A stretch of 45,499 nt of DNA, from the NCBI GenBank assembly GCA_040382135.1, contig JBEIGA010000002.1, positions 1-45,499 on the forward strand, in the 5' to 3' direction. The position numbers were made by a program, and so were the translations under genes. The DNA comes from Acidimicrobiales bacterium. GTDB lineage: Bacteria; Actinomycetota; Acidimicrobiia; Acidimicrobiales; JBEIGA01. Of the stretch, positions 15,983 to 23,474 are shown one piece after another; positions within the stretch are counted from its first letter, which is position 1; each line of letters begins with the position of its first letter. The notes under the pieces were generated by a model. The model had not been told where the DNA came from and ran no database searches. It saw nothing but the letters and a program-made list of their open reading frames with translations.

Positions 15983-17319
15983 CGGGTCGGGCCTTCGTCG
16001 GCGTCGACCTCGACGCCGTGGATCTCGACGCCGTGGATCTCGAGGGGCTGGCCCGAGCGCACGGCGTCGTCGGCGCCGCGCTCGGGGTCGGCGTGCGCGG
16101 CGAGCGACGGATCCGCAGCGTGGGGTCCACCCGGAGCACCGGTGGCGTTCCCGTCACCGCCGACACCCGGTTCCTGCTCGGTTCGCTGACGAAGGCACTC
16201 GTCGCCACCGCGGTCGTCGCGAGTGCAGTCGACGGAGCGCTCGACCTCGACGCCCCCGTCGTCGAGCACGTCGGGGGCGTCCCCCCGGGGATCACCACCC
16301 GGCACCTGCTCGACCACACCTCGGGCCTGCCCGACGCGTGGCCGGCCGACGGCGACGAGTCCGACGAGGCGCTCGCCCGGTTCGTCGGTGCGCTGCCGCC
16401 GCTGCACGCCCTGCCAGGAGCTCGCTTCGGGTACAGCAACGCCGGGTACGCCGTGCTCGGTCGCCTCCTGGAGGTCGTCGAACGGGCGCCGTTCAAGACC
16501 GTGCTGGGCGCGCAGGTGCTGGAGCCGCTCGGTCTGACCGGTGCATCGTTCGACCTCGCCGCCGTCGTCTGCGCCCGCTTCGCGGTCGGCCACGAGCGGA
16601 TCGGTGACGGCAGGAACGTGCCCGTGGAGCGCATCTGGGGTGCACGGTCGATGGCGGCCGCCGGGTCGCGGCTGTGGGCGACCGTCGACGACCTGCTCCG
16701 CTTCGGGGAGGCCCACGCCGGTCTCGGGCCGGCCGTACCGGCGGATGTCCGCGCGACCATGCACCGCCCGTCCCGGGTGATCCCCGACCACCGCCACGGC
16801 CGGTCCATGGGCCTCGGGGTCGTGCTCGACGACCGGTGGGGCCATCCGGTGGTGCTGCACGACGGGGGCGCGCTCGGTCAGAGCGCCTACCTGCGCATCG
16901 CGCCCGACCCTGGTGTGGTGCTCGCCCTGGTGTGCACCGGTGGGGTGCCCCAGCGCTTCCACCGCGCCGTCTTCACCGCGGTCACGAGCCGGCTCGACGG
17001 CCTGGAGCAGCCGCCGGACGTCGTGCCCGATCCGCATCGGCGCGTCGACCAGGCTCGCTACGAAGGCCGGTACGGCTCGGCGCTGTTCGACGTGGAGGTG
17101 CGCCGCGGCCCGCACGGGCTCGAGGTCTCGCTGCTCGCTGCGAACGGACCGGCGACGGCGTGGTCCGAGCTCCAGCCGGTGGACGACGAGCTGTTCCTCG
17201 TGGAGCTGGGTGGCCGGCCCTACAGCATCGTGTTCGGCTTCGGCCCGGACGGTCGGGCCGACCGCATCCTCGCCGGCATGCGCCTCCTCGGGCGGGTCGG
17301 CCCGGTTGGTGCGACATGA
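15979..17319 (+). CDS. Beta-lactamase-fold serine hydrolase (second copy of the fold in the window)
   Basis: GTG 15979 overlaps the upstream stop. SxxK motif GSLTKALVA, and LLDHTSGLPD. Confidence 0.85.
   Translation: MTGRAFVGVDLDAVDLDAVDLEGLARAHGVVGAALGVGVRGERRIRSVGSTRSTGGVPVTADTRFLLGSLTKALVATAVVASAVDGALDLDAPVVEHVGGVPPGITTRHLLDHTSGLPDAWPADGDESDEALARFVGALPPLHALPGARFGYSNAGYAVLGRLLEVVERAPFKTVLGAQVLEPLGLTGASFDLAAVVCARFAVGHERIGDGRNVPVERIWGARSMAAAGSRLWATVDDLLRFGEAHAGLGPAVPADVRATMHRPSRVIPDHRHGRSMGLGVVLDDRWGHPVVLHDGGALGQSAYLRIAPDPGVVLALVCTGGVPQRFHRAVFTAVTSRLDGLEQPPDVVPDPHRRVDQARYEGRYGSALFDVEVRRGPHGLEVSLLAANGPATAWSELQPVDDELFLVELGGRPYSIVFGFGPDGRADRILAGMRLLGRVGPVGAT
16009..16044 (+). repeat. Perfect in-frame 15-bp tandem duplication (ctcgacgccgtggat x2, plus partial)
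   Basis: Read directly. It encodes VDLDAVDLDAVDLE at the N-terminus of the hydrolase. Confidence 0.9.
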
Positions 17320-17373
17320 CAGCGCCCGGCGCCGACGATTGGCCGAACCGCCGACGGCGGCCACGGCAATGTG

Positions 17374-17395
17374 GGACCGACCACCCGGTCGGTCC
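17374..17395 (+). promoter_or_regulatory. Perfect 9-bp GC-rich hairpin (GGACCGACC-accc-GGTCGGTCC) in the only non-overlapping junction of the operon
   Basis: Read directly. It lies 55 nt after stop 17319 and 27 nt before ATG 17422, followed by gagagga (RBS-like). Confidence 0.5.
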
Positions 17396-17421
17396 GGATC
17401 GAGAGGACACGGGGACCCGGC

Positions 17422-19164
17422 ATGCATGATCTGGTGATACGCGGAGGCTCGGTCGTCGACGGCACCGGATCGCCGGCCCGGCCCGCCGAGGTCGCCGTCC
17501 GGGGCGGGCGCATCGTGGAGGTCGGCGAGGTCTCGGGGCGCGGGGCGCGCGAGATCGACGCCGACGGCGCGATCGTCGCCCCCGGGTGGGTCGACATCCA
17601 CACGCACTACGACGGGCAGGTCACGTGGGACCCGATCGTCGCGCCGTCGTCGGTCAACGGTGTCACGTCGATCGCCATGGGCAACTGCGGCGTCGGATTC
17701 GCGCCGGCCCGCCCGGACCGCCACGACTGGCTGATCACCCTGCTCGAGGGTGTCGAGGACATCCCCGGGTCCGCGCTGGCCGAGGGGCTGCCCTGGGACT
17801 GGGAGACCTTCCCCGAGTTCCTCGACGCCGTGGACCGGCGGCCGCACGCGGTCGACATCGGCGCGCACGTCCCCCACGCCGCGCTACGCACCTACGTGAT
17901 GAGCGATCGTGGGGCCGACCACGAAGCGGTGCCCACGGACGACGAGATCGCATCGATGCGGTCCGCGCTGGCGGAGGCGCTCGACGCCGGGGCGCTCGGG
18001 TTCGCGACGTCGCGCACCGAGGTGCACCGCACCCGCGGCGGCGACTTCGTCGGGACGATGACGGCGACGGCCGCCGAGCTGCTCGGGGTCACGGCGGCGC
18101 TCACGGCGGCGGGGCGCGGCGTCGTGCAACTCGTCAGCGACCTCTACCTGACGACGGACCCGGCGCAGGTCGAGCGCGAGATGGCGCTGCTCCGACGGCT
18201 AGCGCGTGAGCTCCGGCGCCCGCTGAGCTTCACGATCGAACAGGTCGACGCCGCCCCGGACCGGTGGCGGGAGATGATGGCGCTCGTCGACGACCTCAAC
18301 GCCGAGGGGCTCGACGTGAAGGGACAGGTCGCGAGCCGTCCGATCGGCCTGGTGCTCGGGTTGTCCGCGTCGGCCAACCCGTTCCAGCAGACGCCGACCT
18401 ACCGGGGGATCGCGCACCTCCCGCTCGCTGCCCGCGTGCACGAGATGCGGACCGATGCGGTCCGGGCGCAGATCCTGACGGAGTTCCGGGCGACGTCGGC
18501 GAGGGGTTTCGCCCAGGTGGTCGCCACCCGGTTCGATCGGCTCTTCCCGATGGCGGAGGTGCCCGACTACGAGCCGCGGGCGGAGACATCGCTTGCGGCG
18601 CGTGCCGCCCAGGCCGGCCGGCCCGCCGACGAGTTCGCCTACGACGCGCTGATCGCCGGCGGCGGGGAGGAGCTCTTCTACTTCGCGCTCAACAACTTCG
18701 CCGCTGGGAACCTCGATGCGGTCCGGGAGATGCTCACCGCGCCGAACGCCCTGTTCGGGTTGTCCGACGGCGGCGCGCACTGCAACTTCATCTGCGACGG
18801 AACCTTCCCGACCACGAGCATCACGCTGTGGGCCCGCGACCGCGACCGCGGCCCGAAGCTCCCGCTCGAGCACCTGGTGCACCACCAGACCATGCGGCCG
18901 GCGGCCCACGTCGGCTGGCACGATCGCGGCGTCGTCGCACCCGGCTACCTCGCCGACCTGAACGTGATCGACCTCGACAACCTCCGCCTCCACCGTCCCT
19001 ACCTCGCGGCGGACCTCCCCGCCGGCGGGACCCGACTCCTCCAGACGGCCACGGGGTACCGCGTGACGGTGAAGTCCGGCGTGGTGACGTTCGTCGACGG
19101 CGAGAGCACGGGCGCGTTCCCCGGGCGTGTCGTCCGCGGGGAGCAGGCGGGGCCGGCACGATGA
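17422..19164 (+). CDS. N-acyl-D-amino-acid deacylase (D-aminoacylase) family amidohydrolase
   Basis: ATG 17422 in ORF 17371..19164. MHDLVIRGGSVVDGTG...IDADGAIVAPGWVDIHTHYDGQ is the hallmark N-terminus and metal-binding HxH of this family. Confidence 0.9.
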   Translation: MHDLVIRGGSVVDGTGSPARPAEVAVRGGRIVEVGEVSGRGAREIDADGAIVAPGWVDIHTHYDGQVTWDPIVAPSSVNGVTSIAMGNCGVGFAPARPDRHDWLITLLEGVEDIPGSALAEGLPWDWETFPEFLDAVDRRPHAVDIGAHVPHAALRTYVMSDRGADHEAVPTDDEIASMRSALAEALDAGALGFATSRTEVHRTRGGDFVGTMTATAAELLGVTAALTAAGRGVVQLVSDLYLTTDPAQVEREMALLRRLARELRRPLSFTIEQVDAAPDRWREMMALVDDLNAEGLDVKGQVASRPIGLVLGLSASANPFQQTPTYRGIAHLPLAARVHEMRTDAVRAQILTEFRATSARGFAQVVATRFDRLFPMAEVPDYEPRAETSLAARAAQAGRPADEFAYDALIAGGGEELFYFALNNFAAGNLDAVREMLTAPNALFGLSDGGAHCNFICDGTFPTTSITLWARDRDRGPKLPLEHLVHHQTMRPAAHVGWHDRGVVAPGYLADLNVIDLDNLRLHRPYLAADLPAGGTRLLQTATGYRVTVKSGVVTFVDGESTGAFPGRVVRGEQAGPAR

Positions 19165-20006
19165 GGGTGTTCCTGTCCGCGGACATGGAGGGCGTCACCG
19201 GGGTCGTGCACGCGGACGAGCTCACCAAGGGCCATCCGGACTGGGAGCGGGCCCGGCGGTGGATGACCCACGACGTGATCGCGGCGGCGGAGGGGGCGAT
19301 GGCAGCCGGAGCGACCGAGGTCCTCGTCACCGACGGCCACGCGGGGATGCGGAACCTGCTCGTCGAGGACCTCCCGGTCGGGACGATCGCCCATCGCGGT
19401 CCGGCGTCGGGGCGGACGATGTGCCAGGTCGAGGGGCTCGACGCGTCCTTCGACTGCGTGCTGCTCGTGGGCTACCACGCGATGGCCGGCTCCGAGGGAC
19501 TGCTGTCGCACACCTGGCACGGCGGGATGATCAACCAGTTCCGGATCAACGGGGTCCCGGTCGGTGAGACCGCGATCACCGCCGCTGTCGCGGGCCACCA
19601 CGGGGTCCCCGTGGTGCTGGCCGTCGGCGACCAGCACCTCGCGGCCGAGGCCGAGCGGTTCGTCCCGGGCATCGCGACCGTGACGGTCAAGGAGACGACC
19701 GGGGTGCAGAACGCCCGCTGCCGACCGGCGGCGGCGACGCTCCCGGAGATCCGCGCCGCGGCCGAACGCGCGGTGGGCGGGCGCCACGCCGTCGCGCCGG
19801 TGGTCACCGCGACGCCGGTCCGGATCGAGCTCGACCTGGTCACCTTCCGTCAGGCCCGGCAGATGGAGCGGTTCCGGGGCGCCGACGTCGAGCGCATCGG
19901 GCCGAGCACGGTGGCGTTCGGAGGGGCCGACGTCGTCGAGGCGCTGGCCCTGGCCTGGCTGCTCGTCGAGCTGGCCGACATGGAGCTGGGCGCGTGGAAC
20001 CGATGA
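19161..20006 (+). CDS. M55-family D-aminopeptidase (Bacillus DppA-type)
   Basis: ATGA overlap at 19161. MRVFLSADMEGVTGVVH...LVTDGHAGMRNL matches the M55 peptidase N-terminus. Confidence 0.85.
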   Translation: MRVFLSADMEGVTGVVHADELTKGHPDWERARRWMTHDVIAAAEGAMAAGATEVLVTDGHAGMRNLLVEDLPVGTIAHRGPASGRTMCQVEGLDASFDCVLLVGYHAMAGSEGLLSHTWHGGMINQFRINGVPVGETAITAAVAGHHGVPVVLAVGDQHLAAEAERFVPGIATVTVKETTGVQNARCRPAAATLPEIRAAAERAVGGRHAVAPVVTATPVRIELDLVTFRQARQMERFRGADVERIGPSTVAFGGADVVEALALAWLLVELADMELGAWNR

Positions 20007-21151
20007 GCGACCGGGCCGGCCCGTCGCAGACGACGGACGTGGTGGTCGTCGGCTGCGGCGCGGCCGGAACCGCAGCCGCAGCCGAGCTGGCCCGGCGGGG
20101 GCGCCGGGTCGTGGGGCTCGAGCGCTTCGCGCACGGCCACGATCGCGGGTCCTCGCACGGCACCGAGCGCATCGTGCGGGTGCCCTACACCGACGCCGTG
20201 CACGTGGAGCTGGCGATGGCCTCGCTCGAGGGTTGGGCTGCGTTGGAGGAGCGCACCGCGACGCCCCTGCTGACGAGGACCGGCGGGATCGACACGGGTG
20301 CGGCGGACGAGCTCGACGCCCTCGCCCTGCAGTGCCGTCGTGTGGGCGCCGCGACGCAGCGCCTCGACGCCGGCGAGGCCGGGGCCCGTTTCCCCGGCTT
20401 CCGGTTCGAGCACGACGTGCTGTTCAGCCCCCTCGCGGCGACGGTCCACGCCGACCGGACGCTCGCGGCGTTGCGCCGGCTCGCCGAGCACCACGGAGCC
20501 GAGCTGCGCGCCCGTGATCCCGTGGAGCGGATCGAGCGGTTGCCCGACGGCCGCGTCGCGGTCCGTCATGCGAGCGGGACGACCGTCGCCGAGGTGTGCA
20601 TCGTCACGAGCGGGGCATGGGGGGGCGCTGGCTGGTTGGCGGAGGCCCTCGACGCCCCGGTCCCCCTGCCGCCGATGCGGGTGACGCAGGAGCAGGTCGC
20701 CTTCTTCCGGCCGGTCGGCCCGATGCCGTCGTGGCCGACGTTCATCTTCCGCGAGCACCCCAGCGTCTACGGACTCCCGACACCCGACGGCCTCGTCAAG
20801 ATCGGCGAGCACCACACCGGACCGGAGGTCGACGCCGACACCCGGACGGGGCAGCTCGACGAAGCGACCTGGGACCGTCTCGTCGAGTGGGTCGCTCGCA
20901 ACGTGCCGGGCGTGGAACCCGAACCGATCCGGTCGGCGACGTGCCTGTACGCGTCCTACCCGGGTGACACCTTCCTGCTCGACCGAGCCGGTCCGATCGT
21001 CGTCGGGCTCGGCCTGAGCGGCCACGGGTTCAAGTTCGTGCCCGAGATCGGCCGGCGCCTCGCCGACCTCGCCGACGGGGTCCCCACGGCCGACAACCCC
21101 TTCGGCTTCGACCGGCCCGGGCTCGACGTCGGCGCGTCGGGCCATCGATGA
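20003..21151 (+). CDS. FAD-dependent monomeric sarcosine oxidase / N-methyl-amino-acid oxidase-like protein
   Basis: ATGA overlap at 20003 (alternative GTG at 19994). Dinucleotide fold VVVVGCGAAGTAAAAELARRG, GHGFKF, and a Cys in ATCLYA at the position of the covalent-flavin Cys of MSOX-type enzymes. Confidence 0.85.
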   Translation: MSDRAGPSQTTDVVVVGCGAAGTAAAAELARRGRRVVGLERFAHGHDRGSSHGTERIVRVPYTDAVHVELAMASLEGWAALEERTATPLLTRTGGIDTGAADELDALALQCRRVGAATQRLDAGEAGARFPGFRFEHDVLFSPLAATVHADRTLAALRRLAEHHGAELRARDPVERIERLPDGRVAVRHASGTTVAEVCIVTSGAWGGAGWLAEALDAPVPLPPMRVTQEQVAFFRPVGPMPSWPTFIFREHPSVYGLPTPDGLVKIGEHHTGPEVDADTRTGQLDEATWDRLVEWVARNVPGVEPEPIRSATCLYASYPGDTFLLDRAGPIVVGLGLSGHGFKFVPEIGRRLADLADGVPTADNPFGFDRPGLDVGASGHR

Positions 21152-23124
21152 GCCCGGGTGACCGGTCCCCGGGCGATCTCCGGGGGACCGCCCGGTGGGC
21201 CGTCGTCGAGGCGCACCTCGCCGCAGTCGCCGCCGGTGACGACCCGATGGAGCCCCGCGAGCCGGCGATCAGCGCCGACGGTCGCCGGGTCGCGTGCACC
21301 GTGACCCTCCGGACCGACCTGGCCGCACCCGCCCGGACCGCGGTGGCGCTCCTGACGGTCGACGATGGGGACGTTCCGGGGTCGATGACGCTGGTGGAGG
21401 TGGACGGCCGCGACGTCTCGGGCCCCCGCTACGCGCCGGCCGGTCCCGTCCTGGCCGTACGGGTCGGCAGGGACGTCGCCCTCGTCGTCGACGGCGCGCT
21501 CCGGTACCTGCCGCCGGTCACGGGCACGGTGGAGCACCTGGCGTGGTCGCCCGACGGCGTGCACCTCCTCGCCGTGGTGGCCGAGCCGGGTGCCGACGCC
21601 GCGGGGGCGCAGGGATCAGGACGCCTGTCGGGCCGCGGGCCGGCATGGTTCCCCCACGTCATGGCCGACGAGCCGCTCGGCGGGTGGCGCTCGGTCCAGG
21701 TGGTCCGTGTCGACGAGCAGGGTGCGGCGAACGGATGGGTCGTCGTGTCCGCCCCCGGCTCGACCACCTGGGAGGCGGCCTGGTGCGGGCCGGGTCGCAT
21801 CGTCACGGTGCAGTCCACGCGCCCCGATGAGGCGGCGTGGTTCGACGCCACGGTCGGTCTCGTCGACCTCGCCGCACCGTCGGACGACACGACGGTGTTC
21901 CGACCGCCGCCGGGTCGCTGTGTCGGCCTCCCGGCGGGGCATCCCGACGGGCACCGGTTCGCGGTGGTGACGGCGACGTGCTCCGATCGCACGGTCGTGG
22001 CCGGCGACGTCACTGTCGTGGAGGTCGCCACCGGTCGGGCCGGCGAACTCGACGTCGGGTTCGACGTCACCGGCCTGCAATGGCACCCGGTCGACGCCGA
22101 CGTGCTGGTCGTCGTCGGCCAACGTGGGCTCGAGACCGTCGTCGCCGAGGTCGACGCCGGCTCCGGCGCAGTGACCGAGGCGTGGGCGTCGACGGAGTTG
22201 ACCTGCGGGCAGCGGTACCCGGAGATCGCGCTCGGCACCGGCGGTTCGTGCGCGATGGTCGTCGAGGGGTACCGCACGCCACCGGCGCCGGCGGTGCTCG
22301 ACCGGCACGACGGCACCCCCCGGGCCCTCGCCGGGTGGTCCCCATCCGGCACCCCGGTCGACGCGCTGGGACGTTCCACGGTCGCACGCTGGCACGCGTC
22401 GGACGGCGTCGAGATCGAGGGGCTCCTCGCCGCCCCGGACCGCCCGGGTCCGCACCCCGTCGTGACCTACGTGCACGGCGGCCCGATCTGGGCGTGGCGC
22501 AACCGGTGGTCGATGGGCTACCCCTACACGCACCTGCTGGTCGCCGCGGGGTACGCGGTGTTCCACCCCAACCCGCGAGGGAGCACGGGACGTGGCGAGC
22601 ACTTCCGGTCCATGGTCATCGGCGACCTCGGCGGTGCGGAGAGCGAGGACGTCCTCTCCGGCCTCGACCACCTCGTCGACGCCGGGCTGGCGGACCCGGC
22701 TCGGCTCGGGGTCCTCGGGGGCAGCCACGGAGGGTTCATGGCCGCCCACCTGGTCACGATCACCGCCCGCTTCGCAGCGGCCGTGTCGTACTGCCCCGTC
22801 ACCCATTGGCCGTCGATGCGGTTGACCACGAACGACATCGCCGCCCAGGACCGCCTGATCGGTGGTGGGGCACCGAGCCCGCTCGATGCTGCCGACCGGG
22901 TGACGACGCCGACCCTCGTGCTGACCGGGAGCCGGGACCTGATCACGCCCTCGTCGCAGGGCCTGATGTTCCATCGCGCCCTGTCGTTGCAGGGCATCCC
23001 CACGCAGTACGTGGAGTACCCCCTGGAGGGGCATGGCGTGCGGTCGTACCCGGCGCAGATCGACTTCGCCGCGCGGGTGCTCGCCTGGTTCGACCGGTGG
23101 ATGGGACCGGAGCGGAGGGCATGA
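21148..23124 (+). CDS. S9-family serine peptidase (prolyl oligopeptidase / acylaminoacyl-peptidase type)
   Basis: ATGA overlap at 21148. N-terminal beta-propeller-like region, then a C-terminal alpha/beta hydrolase with nucleophile elbow GGSHGGFMA. Confidence 0.85.
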   Translation: MSPGDRSPGDLRGTARWAVVEAHLAAVAAGDDPMEPREPAISADGRRVACTVTLRTDLAAPARTAVALLTVDDGDVPGSMTLVEVDGRDVSGPRYAPAGPVLAVRVGRDVALVVDGALRYLPPVTGTVEHLAWSPDGVHLLAVVAEPGADAAGAQGSGRLSGRGPAWFPHVMADEPLGGWRSVQVVRVDEQGAANGWVVVSAPGSTTWEAAWCGPGRIVTVQSTRPDEAAWFDATVGLVDLAAPSDDTTVFRPPPGRCVGLPAGHPDGHRFAVVTATCSDRTVVAGDVTVVEVATGRAGELDVGFDVTGLQWHPVDADVLVVVGQRGLETVVAEVDAGSGAVTEAWASTELTCGQRYPEIALGTGGSCAMVVEGYRTPPAPAVLDRHDGTPRALAGWSPSGTPVDALGRSTVARWHASDGVEIEGLLAAPDRPGPHPVVTYVHGGPIWAWRNRWSMGYPYTHLLVAAGYAVFHPNPRGSTGRGEHFRSMVIGDLGGAESEDVLSGLDHLVDAGLADPARLGVLGGSHGGFMAAHLVTITARFAAAVSYCPVTHWPSMRLTTNDIAAQDRLIGGGAPSPLDAADRVTTPTLVLTGSRDLITPSSQGLMFHRALSLQGIPTQYVEYPLEGHGVRSYPAQIDFAARVLAWFDRWMGPERRA

Positions 23125-23474
23125 CGCGGGAGGAGGCGCTCGCCGTCGTGCAGCGGCAGGTCGACGCGTACAACGCGCGCAACCTCGAGGCCTTCGTCGC
23201 CACGTACGCGCCCGACGCGACGATCGCGGACAGCAGCGGCGTCCGCGGCGCCGGGCACGACTGGATCCGCTCGCAGTACGGGCCCCTCTTCGCCGGCGGG
23301 TCGGCGCCGGTCGAGATCCGCGGTCGGGTGGCGGCCGGCGCCTGGGTCGTCGACGAGGAGCTGGTCCGCCGTCCGCACGGCGACATCCACGTCCTCGCGA
23401 CCTACCGCCTGGCCGGCGGCGCCATCGCCGAGGTGCTGCTCCTCACCGGACCGGAGGTCGTCGACGGTGGATGA
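23121..23474 (+). CDS. NTF2/SnoaL-like small protein
   Basis: ATGA overlap at 23121. 117 aa, with VVQRQVDAYNARNLEAFVATYAPDA typical of SnoaL-like / steroid-isomerase-like folds. Confidence 0.7.
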   Translation: MTREEALAVVQRQVDAYNARNLEAFVATYAPDATIADSSGVRGAGHDWIRSQYGPLFAGGSAPVEIRGRVAAGAWVVDEELVRRPHGDIHVLATYRLAGGAIAEVLLLTGPEVVDGG

